Source of the DNA: an uncultured Anaerotruncus sp.
GTDB lineage: Bacteria; Bacillota; Clostridia; Oscillospirales; CAG-272
Assembly (NCBI GenBank): GCA_902461815.1
Contig: CABPZE010000002.1
Coordinates: 187,177 to 251,176, forward strand
Length of the DNA stretch: 64,000 nucleotides
Direction: 5' to 3'
Under the pieces are notes generated by a model. It had not been told where the DNA came from. It saw only the letters and a program-made list of their open reading frames with translations, and searched no databases. Made by a program: the position numbers and the translations under genes. Every line of letters starts with the position of its first letter. Position 1 is the stretch's first letter. Below are positions 28,025 through 37,285 of the stretch, in pieces.

Positions 28025-29014
28025 TTATTCCGATCCTGTCGGAGACTCCTCTTTGGGTGCAGCTTCACCGTCCTTCGGGACGCTCTCGTCGGCAACCGCG
28101 GGCGTAAGGTATTCCCGGCGGATAAAGGAAATCGTTCTGAATGCAATATATATCATCATATTGAAGCAGAAAAATGACTCGGTGAAGAAATAAGAATTTG
28201 AGATAAGACCGGCAAAATATCCGCAGATGAGCGGGATCGCCGCCGAAGCCGACAGCGCAACTGCAACCAGTCCGGAGGCAACGTAGGCGCGCGGATGCGC
28301 TTTTTTGCCGCCAAGCAGCATACGAAGCTCGTAAACAAAGTATATCATCACAGAGATGAGCGCCGCCTGAAGTATCAGCTTGTTCGGGCTGTTCATCTCA
28401 ACGGTCATGTCAAAATAAATTGCGGCAAGTCCGGAAACTCCACGCAGACCGGGAGCAAACCCGACCAGCACGTGCCACTCGCGGCTGCGCTTCTCATTGA
28501 GCCTGAGCAGGAAGTAGACCGCGGAGGCGGCGGAGGCAATTATACCTATTATAATAATACCTGCCTGAATGCGATAGCTGCGCGCCGCATAAGCGTTATC
28601 GGCTGACGACTCAATAAGCGCCGCAGCTTTTGAAAGCATACTGCCCACCGTGTTGTCGGCAATGCAGTGATAAAGCTCATAAACAAAACCGCCCAGCATC
28701 ACAAACGCAGCATAAGCCGTTGCAAAATACTCAAGTCCCGAATGCTGATTCACATATATGCCTTCCGATCTGGCAGAAAGCTTCTTGAACAGCTGCGGAA
28801 AGATCACAGCTGCGACACAGCAAAGCACACAGCAGACAGTGCTGATCTCGGGGACAATCATGCCGCGCATGAAATAACCGATGTCGGCATCGTAACAGGT
28901 AAAGACAGCAACAACTCTGAGTGCGGCAGTCAGAGCCACAGAACACAAAAGCAGAAATAAGTACAGCCGTGCTTTCGCTATCGACCGCTTTTCAGGTTTA
29001 TTGTCCGAATTCAT
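28025..29014 (-). CDS. polytopic membrane protein, unknown function
   Basis: ATG 29014 (MNSDNKPEK) has an AAGGA RBS, whereas the track start 29074 has none. About 8 hydrophobic helices and an acidic/Pro-rich C-terminal tail. Confidence 0.6.
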   Translation of the reverse strand: MNSDNKPEKRSIAKARLYLFLLLCSVALTAALRVVAVFTCYDADIGYFMRGMIVPEISTVCCVLCCVAAVIFPQLFKKLSARSEGIYVNQHSGLEYFATAYAAFVMLGGFVYELYHCIADNTVGSMLSKAAALIESSADNAYAARSYRIQAGIIIIGIIASAASAVYFLLRLNEKRSREWHVLVGFAPGLRGVSGLAAIYFDMTVEMNSPNKLILQAALISVMIYFVYELRMLLGGKKAHPRAYVASGLVAVALSASAAIPLICGYFAGLISNSYFFTESFFCFNMMIYIAFRTISFIRREYLTPAVADESVPKDGEAAPKEESPTGSE

Positions 29015-29181
29015 AAAAAGGGATCCTTTCAGCCGTATGTACCGTTCAAGCCGGTACAAAAGATTCGAAAACAATTATAATACAAAAATATGAACACACT
29101 GTGTACAAGGAAGAATTATCCCTCCCACGGTATATGTACATTTTTTCAGAAAAATAATTCCCGCTTTTTTGAAAAAAGGTA

Positions 29182-29209
29182 TTGACAAAGCAAAGAAAAT
29201 GAGTATAAT
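29182..29209 (+). promoter_or_regulatory. SigA-type promoter of rplJ-rplL
   Basis: TTGACA (29182-29187), 16 nt, TATAAT (29204-29209). Confidence 0.75.
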
Positions 29210-29214
29210 ATTCA

Positions 29215-29390
29215 TGTTGACCTAAGACAGCAGGTTCCCGTAAAAGCGAAAGCCACCCTGCCGAGGAAAGCGCACTGTTAAGATAATATCTTTTTTGTGT
29301 CTTTCTCGGCGCAGTTGCGAGCCACTGCGGGAGAAAGATATTTTTTTACACTTTCTGAAGGTCCGATTAACGATCAAAGGAGATAATAAC
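29215..29390 (+). promoter_or_regulatory. L10-type ribosomal leader with attenuator terminator (29300-29347)
   Basis: ~175-nt untranslated leader before rplJ. Nested stem TCTTTCTC..CGCAGT..ACTGCG..GAGAAAGA is followed by TATTTTTTT. The position and architecture match the L10(L12)4-responsive leader of Firmicutes. Confidence 0.7.
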
Positions 29391-29942
29391 ATGCCCAGCA
29401 AAGCCATACTTGAGCAGAAGCAGCAGGTTGTTTCCGACCTTTCCGAGCTGATCCGTAACTCAGCCTCAGGCGTTATTGTCAATTATCAGGGTATCACAGT
29501 TGATGACGACACCAAAATGCGCAAGGCACTGCGTGAAGCAGGCGTCAAGTACATGGTCGTCAAAAACACCCTGACCGGCAGAGCCTGCGACGAATGCGGC
29601 TACTCGGAAATCAAGCAGCACCTCACCGGCATGACCGCTATTGCGATCAGCGAAAAGGACGCCGTCGCTCCCGCCAAGATCCTGAAGGAATACGCTGACA
29701 AGATCGAAAGCTTCAAGATCCTTGCAGGATACGTTGACGGAGAAGTTCTTGACGAAAAGAACGTTCTCGCCCTCGCCGAGATTCCTTCCAAGGATGTTCT
29801 CGTCGGAAAGCTGCTCGGCAGTCTGCTCAGCCCGCTCTACAAACTCGCTTTCGTTCTCGACGCCGCTGCAAAGAAAGAGCCCGAGAGCGCGGAAGCACCC
29901 GCGGAGGCCGCTCCTGCGGAAGCCGCTACCGCCGAGGCTTGA
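29391..29942 (+). CDS. rplJ: 50S ribosomal protein L10 (uL10)
   Basis: ATG 29391 with an AAAGGAG RBS. Starts MPSKAILEQKQQVVSDLSELI. The track ORF starts at an upstream TTG inside the leader. P/E/A-rich C-terminal tail. Confidence 0.93.
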   Translation: MPSKAILEQKQQVVSDLSELIRNSASGVIVNYQGITVDDDTKMRKALREAGVKYMVVKNTLTGRACDECGYSEIKQHLTGMTAIAISEKDAVAPAKILKEYADKIESFKILAGYVDGEVLDEKNVLALAEIPSKDVLVGKLLGSLLSPLYKLAFVLDAAAKKEPESAEAPAEAAPAEAATAEA

Positions 29943-30001
29943 TCTGCCCCTGCGGAATCTGAAAACAAAATCAATTATCTATTATCAGGAGGATTACTGA
30001 A

Positions 30002-30382
30002 ATGGCATCCGAAAAAATCACTGCTATTGTTGAAGAAATCAAATCTCTTACCATACTTGAGCTCAACGACCTCGTAAAGGAAGTTGAAGAGACCTTTGGC
30101 GTATCCGCTGCCGCTATGGTTGCCGGTCCCGCTGTTGCCGGTGCTGCCGCCGCTCCCGCCGCCGAGGAAAAGACCGAATTTGACGTTGTTCTTGCAAGCT
30201 TCGGCTCCAGCAAGCTCGGCGTTATCAAGGTCGTCCGCGAGATCACCGGTCTCGGACTCAAGGAAGCCAAAGAGCTCGTCGAAGGCGCTCCCAAGACTCT
30301 CAAGGAAGGCTGCTCCAAGGACGAGGCAGAGTCCATCAAGGCTCAGCTCACCGAAGCCGGCGCAACCGTCGAAATCAAATAA
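30002..30382 (+). CDS. rplL: 50S ribosomal protein L7/L12 (bL12)
   Basis: 126 aa starting [34 protein letters not shown]. Confidence 0.95.
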   Translation: MASEKITAIVEEIKSLTILELNDLVKEVEETFGVSAAAMVAGPAVAGAAAAPAAEEKTEFDVVLASFGSSKLGVIKVVREITGLGLKEAKELVEGAPKTLKEGCSKDEAESIKAQLTEAGATVEIK

Positions 30383-30462
30383 TTTACCCCGAACAATCAA
30401 ATCCTGCTGTTCGGACAGGCTGTCGGAAGCGCAAGCTTCCGGCAGCCTACCGTTTTATATAA

Positions 30463-30502
30463 CCCCTGCTGCCGCGCTATGGCGCGACAGCAGGGGTCTT
30501 TT
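30463..30502. terminator. strong terminator between the convergent rplL and manA genes
   Basis: Stem CCCCTGCTGxCGCGC / GCGCGxCAGCAGGGG, then TCTTTTGG. Two further hairpins lie at ~30388-30415 and ~30417-30450. Confidence 0.8.
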
Positions 30503-30520
30503 GGTGTATAAGTATAGCGA

Positions 30521-31489
30521 TCACATACTGCTTATAAGCATCCTTGCGTCTCCGCAGATGCGGTATCTGCCTGATCCGGCAGGCATGAAAATACTGTCTC
30601 CCGCTTTAATAGCGACTCTGCCCCCGCTCCACTCAAGACATCCGCTTCCCTCATAGCAAAGAACGGAATTGAATGAGTCTTCCCCGGCGCAGAAAATGTC
30701 GCCGTCTTTTCCGGAAAAAACGGTGAAATATCTGCACGAGGCAAGCATTCCACGTCCGGGCTTCTCACTGCATTTTTCAAAGCGTTCAGCCTCAACCTCC
30801 GCATCCGAAAAAACTCGGATAACATCGCACGCCTTCCCGGTGTGCAGCTCACGCGGCTTGCCGTCCGCACCGACCCGCCCGTAATCCCAAAGTCGGTAGG
30901 TCAGGTCGCAGTTCTGCTGTATCTCGGCGATAAGTATTCCCTTTCCTATGGCGTGGATCATACCCGACGGAATGAAAAAGCAATCTCCCGGCTTTACCGG
31001 AACATATCGCAGGCATGAGGAAATATCTGCACCCGAGAGCGCCGCCGAACGCAGATCGTCCGGTGTTTTGCCCTCGGCAAGCCCCATTACAAGCTCCGCA
31101 CCCGGCGCGGCGTCGATGACATACCACATTTCGGTCTTACCGACACCGTTCTCTACCCGCGCGGCATATGCGTCATCCGGGTGAACCTGCACCGACAGCC
31201 TGTCGGCGGCGTCGATGAACTTTATCAGCAGCGGGAAGCGCCCGTCGGACGGAAAATCCCGTCCAACGGCTTTTCCGCCGCTTTTTCTGATATAATCGCC
31301 AAGCGTCATTCCGTCGCATTCGCCGCCTCGAATGACGCTCATTTCACTCTCGCGGACGGTCAGCTCCCAGGTTTCGCCTATGGCGGAAGCGTCCGCGTGC
31401 TTGCCGAAGCGCCGTTCAAGCTCTTTTCCGCCCCATATCGGAGACTTTGCCACATAGGTCAGCGGCATAGGGTATACAGGCAAGCTCAT
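30521..31489 (-). CDS. manA: mannose-6-phosphate isomerase, class I (Bacillus type)
   Basis: 322 aa containing SPIWGG, GETWEL, QVHPDD, EMWYVIDA and the cupin motif GMIHAIG. Confidence 0.85.
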   Translation of the reverse strand: MSLPVYPMPLTYVAKSPIWGGKELERRFGKHADASAIGETWELTVRESEMSVIRGGECDGMTLGDYIRKSGGKAVGRDFPSDGRFPLLIKFIDAADRLSVQVHPDDAYAARVENGVGKTEMWYVIDAAPGAELVMGLAEGKTPDDLRSAALSGADISSCLRYVPVKPGDCFFIPSGMIHAIGKGILIAEIQQNCDLTYRLWDYGRVGADGKPRELHTGKACDVIRVFSDAEVEAERFEKCSEKPGRGMLASCRYFTVFSGKDGDIFCAGEDSFNSVLCYEGSGCLEWSGGRVAIKAGDSIFMPAGSGRYRICGDARMLISSM

Positions 31490-34400
31490 TTTTTCCTCTT
31501 TTCAGACGATGAGCGCTTTTTTCTGATACCCAGCACTCCAAGCAATGCGGCAACACCTCCGGATACTGCCGCAGAAGCCGCAGCAATAGCCGCCGCCTCG
31601 CCGTCGGTAAGACGGAGGCGTTCCTTGCGCGCATTGCGCTTTGCGTCGGTTTTGTCGTCCTTTTTCTTCTGACGCGTTTCCTTTCTCGTGGGAACAGCAG
31701 AAAATTCGTTTCTCGTCTGCTCGTCCGTAAACAGCCCCGGGGTCGGGTCGTAAAGTCCGAGAGGCGAGGAGGCAACAGAAAGACCTGCGAGCTTTACATA
31801 TCTGCGTGCGCGTCCGTGATGCGCTTCGCCGTCAAATGTCGCGCCATAATTCCAGTGGACGCGGGACACGACCTCGCCGTCAAGCACCAGATCAAGACGT
31901 CTTCCAAAGGGTGAGGATGAGGTAATATGCTTATCGCATATGATGAGATCTTTACCTTCCACAAGAGCTGTTCCGTATCTTTCGTTGAAATCATCTACGG
32001 TAAGGTCTGAATTTTCATATCTTACCCAAACGGTAAGACCGGAACGCGGCGGGAGCTTCACATCCGCCGGGAAGGTCCAGCATCTTTCCTCATACGGCGG
32101 CTTTCCGGTTTTGGTCCATAACCGGAACGATGCTCCGCCGAGATCCAGCTCGCGCGGTGAAGAATTGTAAACCGAAACGTACGGGAAGGGGTCGGACACC
32201 GTAACTCCGTCACGTTCAAGCGGCATACTGCACGGCAGCACCTCCGTGACGGTTACAGGTGAGATAAATGTGCTCACAGTTGCCGAGGTATGCTTCTTTC
32301 CGGCAATATCTGCGGTAACGACAGCACTCAGACGTCTTGCGCCGGACAGCTCCGGGAAGGAGCGGCTGACTTTCAGCGTTTTTCCCGCCGGCAGCTTGCC
32401 GCAGTGTACTGTGGAATACGGTTCGGTATTCTGAAGTTCAAAGCCCGATACAGCTCCGAGGTAAAAGTCCACACGCACATTTTCCGCCGTCTCCGATCCG
32501 CCGTTTGTAAGACGAAGCTTTGCCGACGCTCCGCGGTCGGGATTGTAGGATGCGCCAAGCTCCGGCGCACCAAGCGTAAGCGCAGAACGGTGATCTATCC
32601 ACACCGGAGCTGTTACCGAATACTGCTTCGGCGCAGTAATACGGAGATAATAGTAATCAAAATCGGGGGCAAGGACAGGCTTCCACTCAAAGTGCTTCAG
32701 CACTCCGGCGTTACGCACAGCTACCACGATGTTATCCTCGGCAACTATCTCGACCTTTCCGATGCCGCGCTCATTTTCGGTGGAGATAGAAATATCAAAG
32801 CAAAGTCGATCGGGATCTTCAAGGTGTGAGCCAAGCCATTTTCCGTTCACGCGGTATTTTATTTTAAGCGTAGGCTCGGATGCCGTATATGTGCGGCGGG
32901 CGCGGAAAGCGTCCATAATATTGTCGCGGGTCAGCGAGGGCGCTAAAACAAAACCGATCTGTGGCTGTGCGGTCGTCCAGTTGGGCGAATGATTGTCCTC
33001 ATTCGACACCGGAGCGGCGTGCCAGCCTGCGGCAAGCTGAGCCGCATATTCAAGGTCGTAAGCCGAGCTGCGTATTTCGGCAAGGCAGACCTTTTTGTCG
33101 ACGGAGTCGGTTCGGAAGGCGTACTCGTCAAAATTGCCCCATGCAAGTCCCGGATGATTGAACATGGCAACAGCGTCCGGGTCGGCTTCAAGCTTGCGGT
33201 AAAGCTCCGGCATGGACGTTTCGTAAATCTGATGCTCGATCTTTCTGCTGCCTATTACGTTCATATGTCCCCAGTAGCCGCACATCATGTTCCAGGTCAT
33301 CTCATAGCCCCAGAGCGCGGCAAATCTGCCGGGATCATCATAGCGGTCGGCGGTCTCTATCAGGCTGTCCGCAGAACCGGAATGATAATGTGAGTGTTCC
33401 GTGACCGCAAAATAGTCCACACCGCCCACATCGCGGGCATATTTGTAGGCGTCGTCGGGAGTTCCCGTTCCGTCAGAAGCTCCGGTGTGACAGTGTACCT
33501 CGCCGCGGTAAGCGTTAAGCTCGCTCAGGTCGGAGACCGAAAAGCTCACGCGCTTTACCGTGTGATTGCCAAGCATATCGCAAAGCTCAAGCCGCAGCCT
33601 GTGCTCGCCTACCGCAAAGGGCTTGGGGGGATCGTAGCTCATCCGCACTGCGCTCCATTCGGCGCGCCCGGTAAGCTCCTTATCATCTATGAACAGCCGA
33701 CACTCGGAAAGCTTAACACCAGAAATATCGTAAAAATCCGCCCACACCGGCGTTCCGGCGTTTATGTCGTATGCGTATTTTGAGGTCGGATGAATGCCAA
33801 GCACCCGCGGGCCGACGTTATCGTACACTGCGGCGCTGAGTTTTGTCGCAAGCGCGACCTCTCGTGTGCCATCGGAGGCATGGAGCGAATAAACAAGCCG
33901 TGTAAGGCGCTCGATAATATTTAACGGAATAACGGCGTGATACAAGCCGTCGTCCTGCTCGTGCGCAGGAATGCGCATTTTATCCCCGCCCTCAAGCGTA
34001 AGCATGACCCATGCTGAGGAGACGGGACGGCATGCGTCGGTGGGGACTGCGGCAAAGGTTATCTCATGCACCGCATCTCCGAGATATACGGCGTCGGCGG
34101 GAGCCACCGGAAGGATAACAGGGAGAGACGCCGAGGGGTCAAGCACTCCCTGACCTTCATCAAATGTTCCGGGGGTGGCATACGAAGCGTGAGCAATATT
34201 CACTGCTTCGGACGGACGGCGGACGTCCACGGTCCAGACGGAGGAACGGCGCACCGGGCAGTCCCATTCTCCCCACACGTTGTTGTAGGTCAGCGAGTAC
34301 ACCGCCGCGTCGGCATCCGCACCGCGCGGAACAAGATAAAGCGTGCAGGGTGAGTAGTCGGTGGGCAGCTCCGGGAGTCCCCGGAGATACACCTTCTCTC

Positions 34401-35124
34401 CGCTCTCGGGGTCTGTTTCGCGGGGATCGATCGGCATTATCCTGACCGAACCGGGATCAAGCTCCGGCACGGGCGGGCGATACATTCCGTTCATCGCATC
34501 GCAGAAATCAGCCGGAGTAGTATAATCACGCGCGTCAGTCCCGACCTTGAAATTGCGCTTGTAAAGCGGCCACCAGACCGCGACCTCACCTGCGCGGAGA
34601 ATATTCTCCCCCTCGCGCGGCGACAGCGGCAGGCGCTTGGGAGCTGCAGCGTCCTGCGGCATGATAAGCAATTCCCAGCCGTAAAGGTCGACGTCTGCCC
34701 CGCCGGTATTGTACAGCTCAAGGTACGAGGTGACGTTTTTATCCTTGGGGCGGTTGAATATCTCGGTAATAATGAAGGGAGGAAGCGCCGGGAGCTTCAC
34801 GATATCAAGAAGGTATTCCCCGCGGCATCCGCCGCCCTCAATTACGTACCTGAGCTTTCCTTCCGTCATAAGCGCGGCGGGTATGCGGCAGGAATATATC
34901 TCAAATCTGCGCCCGTTGTTTTCAAAGGAATCACACGGAGTCATAGCGAGCTTCTCTGAACCGCCGGGAGCGGAAAGTGAAAGCTCCAGCCGTGAGGGAA
35001 GTCCGCATTCGGGGCAGCTCTGCGGACGCTCTATCGCCGCAGCTATGTCATGCCCATGTCCCGCAGGCGCGAAAGCGGCAGGCGAATGCAGCAGCACAAG
35101 ACCGGATCTGTCGTTAATGTTCAT
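31486..35124 (-). CDS. 1212-aa PHP-domain (CehA/McbA-like) metallohydrolase with two lamin-tail-like domains and a C-terminal TM anchor
   Basis: YRGEVHCHTGASDGTG...VDYFAVTEHSHY at aa ~540-580. LTD-like ITEIFNRP...YLELYNTGGADVDLYGWEL (aa ~118-152) and VTEVLP...YVSVYNSSPRELDLGGASFRLW (C-terminal third). C-terminal helix plus RKKRSSSEKRKK. No N-terminal signal peptide seen. Confidence 0.65.
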   Translation of the reverse strand: MNINDRSGLVLLHSPAAFAPAGHGHDIAAAIERPQSCPECGLPSRLELSLSAPGGSEKLAMTPCDSFENNGRRFEIYSCRIPAALMTEGKLRYVIEGGGCRGEYLLDIVKLPALPPFIITEIFNRPKDKNVTSYLELYNTGGADVDLYGWELLIMPQDAAAPKRLPLSPREGENILRAGEVAVWWPLYKRNFKVGTDARDYTTPADFCDAMNGMYRPPVPELDPGSVRIMPIDPRETDPESGEKVYLRGLPELPTDYSPCTLYLVPRGADADAAVYSLTYNNVWGEWDCPVRRSSVWTVDVRRPSEAVNIAHASYATPGTFDEGQGVLDPSASLPVILPVAPADAVYLGDAVHEITFAAVPTDACRPVSSAWVMLTLEGGDKMRIPAHEQDDGLYHAVIPLNIIERLTRLVYSLHASDGTREVALATKLSAAVYDNVGPRVLGIHPTSKYAYDINAGTPVWADFYDISGVKLSECRLFIDDKELTGRAEWSAVRMSYDPPKPFAVGEHRLRLELCDMLGNHTVKRVSFSVSDLSELNAYRGEVHCHTGASDGTGTPDDAYKYARDVGGVDYFAVTEHSHYHSGSADSLIETADRYDDPGRFAALWGYEMTWNMMCGYWGHMNVIGSRKIEHQIYETSMPELYRKLEADPDAVAMFNHPGLAWGNFDEYAFRTDSVDKKVCLAEIRSSAYDLEYAAQLAAGWHAAPVSNEDNHSPNWTTAQPQIGFVLAPSLTRDNIMDAFRARRTYTASEPTLKIKYRVNGKWLGSHLEDPDRLCFDISISTENERGIGKVEIVAEDNIVVAVRNAGVLKHFEWKPVLAPDFDYYYLRITAPKQYSVTAPVWIDHRSALTLGAPELGASYNPDRGASAKLRLTNGGSETAENVRVDFYLGAVSGFELQNTEPYSTVHCGKLPAGKTLKVSRSFPELSGARRLSAVVTADIAGKKHTSATVSTFISPVTVTEVLPCSMPLERDGVTVSDPFPYVSVYNSSPRELDLGGASFRLWTKTGKPPYEERCWTFPADVKLPPRSGLTVWVRYENSDLTVDDFNERYGTALVEGKDLIICDKHITSSSPFGRRLDLVLDGEVVSRVHWNYGATFDGEAHHGRARRYVKLAGLSVASSPLGLYDPTPGLFTDEQTRNEFSAVPTRKETRQKKKDDKTDAKRNARKERLRLTDGEAAAIAAASAAVSGGVAALLGVLGIRKKRSSSEKRKK

Positions 35125-35154
35125 TGCGTTGTATCCTTTCTTTTGTTACCAATA

Positions 35155-35183
35155 ATTATACCACTATAATCCCCCTCCCGCAA
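35155..35183 (-). promoter_or_regulatory. candidate promoter of the PHP/LTD-manA unit
   Basis: Minus strand TTGCGG (35183-35178), 17 nt, extended -10 TGgTATAAT (35163-35155). Confidence 0.5.
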
Positions 35184-35275
35184 GTAAAAAAGCAGAATTA
35201 AAATGAAAAAGATGCCCGTGCCGCGTTTTTTCGCTTCGGTTTCACGGACGACCGTCATTTTCTGTGGATTTTCGC

Positions 35276-35310
35276 GCAAAAAAGAGCCGGTGCGCATAAA
35301 GCACACCAGC
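35276..35310 (-). terminator. Rho-independent terminator after the GH20 gene
   Basis: Minus-strand stem GCTGGTGTGC / GCGCACCGGC with loop TTTAT, then TCTTTTTTGCG. Confidence 0.75.
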
Positions 35311-35357
35311 CCCGTATTGCGGACATCAGATCCGCCGGATATTATTCAATAATGTCA

Positions 35358-37235
35358 TCAAAGCAGACCCGCGGTAACGGTAGCGTTCCAGTTGTTGTAG
35401 TTTACATACGGCGTGCGGGGATCGTCCTCCGCTCTGCCGTCGCAGGAAAGCAGAGGCTGTTCAAGCTCCTCGATACGCCCGATCTCACCCGAAAGCCAGC
35501 CCTCAAGCCGAAGCGCAGTCGATTCAAGGCGCGCGCGCAGACCGCCAAGCCGCTGCTCCTGGGATGAAAAGCCGAAGGTCTTGTTTTCGGCATACCACTG
35601 AGAGCGGAAGGCTGCGGTGAAAGCCTCAAGCTTTGAGATCACAACCGGAATATCCTCGTGTGCCAGCCGACGTACCGCCGGGCGGTCACCCGCAAGGTAC
35701 GCATTGCGTATCCTTACAGTGAGATCGCATTTATCCGCAAGCAGATCGCACAAAAGTCCGAGTGTGTTGAACAGATAGCCCCAGCGCTCATCCTTTGCGT
35801 GGGTAAGCAGCCGTTCTGCGGCGTCGGCATAATAATCCGGCGCTTCGGGACCCACATGGCGATCCATAAGTCCCTCAAGCGGGTCATTGAAAAGCAGATA
35901 TTTGCAGGGGCATACGGGATGCGAAAGCTCGCCCGGCGCAGTTCCGGGAAGTGCGTTTGGCAGGTCAAGCAGCATCAGCTCGTCAAAGCCCATACCGAAC
36001 AGTGTGCGGCTGCGCTCCTCAAGCAGCTCCGCAGGCGCTTCTCCCTGAGTATAGAGCCGCTCGGCAAAGTAAAGCATGGTGGGCAGCGTCGAAAACTGCG
36101 ACGCCTCTCCTCCGTTGTCGCCCCATCCGGTGACTATAACGCTTCCGACTCCGTGCTCGGCGCAGGAATCAAGCTGCAGCTTTGTGGAAGCAAGCGAAAA
36201 AGCATTGTGCGGCGCAAAGCCCGACCACTTCCATGCTCCCCCGGCAAATATCACGGGATTGTTGAATTTCAGGTGACATTCTATCATGTGATCGAATATC
36301 TGACGGTCAAGAGAATAGTAGTCCCAATATACAAGAGTGACGTTTTCAGGCACTTTAGCCATGATCTCGGGTGCTATCTCGCCCTCGCGGACGCGGTACG
36401 CGCCGCCGAACGCCATGCGGAAGAACATATCGCTCCACATCATAGGCTCATATCCTATCTCGGCGCAGATCTTTGCAACGCGCTCAAGATGCTCAAGCAT
36501 TATCTCCGGCGCGGGACGGTAGCCGTTCCTGCTCAGGTATCTTCCCCGCCCCAGCATATGCGCCTCATCCATACCGATGTTTATGCGTTTTGAACGGAAA
36601 AGTCTGCGGCAGGTCTCAAGGCAGGCGCGTATGAAGGTGTATGTTTTCTCATCCCCGACAAGAAGAATATCCCCGCAGTCCGTCATTGAGCTGAGTCCCG
36701 GCCAGCGCAGAGCGGTGGCAAGATGCGCCAGCGTCTGCATACAGGGTATCAGCTCGATGCCGAACATATCGGCATAATCGTCTATCTCCTTTATCTCGTC
36801 GGCGGAGTATCTGCCGCGCATACGTCCGAAATACGGATATTCCGGCACCTCGTAGGTGTCCTCCGTGTAAAGCATAAGCGAATCGTACCCCATGGCAGCA
36901 AGCAAACGGATCATTTTCTTTGCGCCGTCAATGCTCAGCACGGCGTTGCGGGAAACATCAGCCATGTAGCAAAGCATTTCCGGCTTTCCGGTTTCGACCT
37001 GATCGCCGGATGATATTGCCTTTCCAAGCAACGAAAGCCCACGGAAAAATTCGTTTTTGCGGCGGTATGTAAGGACAATGCCCTCCTCCCCGCGGCGCAG
37101 AGACAGCTCATCCCCCTGTCTTGCTTCGACTCTCACGCCGGACGCGGAAAGACGCAGTCCAAGCATCGGTGCAATTTCGGAAGCGCCGCGAAGCAGCGAT
37201 CTATCGGCGCAGATGAGATTTACATTTCGTGACAT
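35358..37235 (-). CDS. glycoside hydrolase family 20 (beta-N-acetylhexosaminidase-like), cytoplasmic
   Basis: 625 aa. Contains YMADVSRN (the D-x-S/A-R GH20 motif) and INIGMDEAH (catalytic D-E pair context). No signal peptide. GGAGGGAG RBS. Confidence 0.7.
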   Translation of the reverse strand: MSRNVNLICADRSLLRGASEIAPMLGLRLSASGVRVEARQGDELSLRRGEEGIVLTYRRKNEFFRGLSLLGKAISSGDQVETGKPEMLCYMADVSRNAVLSIDGAKKMIRLLAAMGYDSLMLYTEDTYEVPEYPYFGRMRGRYSADEIKEIDDYADMFGIELIPCMQTLAHLATALRWPGLSSMTDCGDILLVGDEKTYTFIRACLETCRRLFRSKRINIGMDEAHMLGRGRYLSRNGYRPAPEIMLEHLERVAKICAEIGYEPMMWSDMFFRMAFGGAYRVREGEIAPEIMAKVPENVTLVYWDYYSLDRQIFDHMIECHLKFNNPVIFAGGAWKWSGFAPHNAFSLASTKLQLDSCAEHGVGSVIVTGWGDNGGEASQFSTLPTMLYFAERLYTQGEAPAELLEERSRTLFGMGFDELMLLDLPNALPGTAPGELSHPVCPCKYLLFNDPLEGLMDRHVGPEAPDYYADAAERLLTHAKDERWGYLFNTLGLLCDLLADKCDLTVRIRNAYLAGDRPAVRRLAHEDIPVVISKLEAFTAAFRSQWYAENKTFGFSSQEQRLGGLRARLESTALRLEGWLSGEIGRIEELEQPLLSCDGRAEDDPRTPYVNYNNWNATVTAGLL

Positions 37236-37285
37236 AATGTTGCTCCCTCCTGATTCAACCAGATGATAAATATTATATTTTGAAA

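Noticed and set aside
35121-35306. 61-aa minus-strand ORF (or its 45-aa ATG-started version with a hydrophobic stretch) between the GH20 and PHP/LTD genes.
   Set aside because: It overlaps the GH20 terminator and the candidate promoter and RBS of the PHP gene, and has no RBS of its own.
35658-36593. 311-aa plus-strand ORF inside the GH20 gene. The same applies to 51703-52524 (273 aa, antisense to tldD) and 5111-5734 (207 aa, antisense to tadA-aag).
   Set aside because: These are antisense shadows of genes with clear family motifs, with no independent signals.
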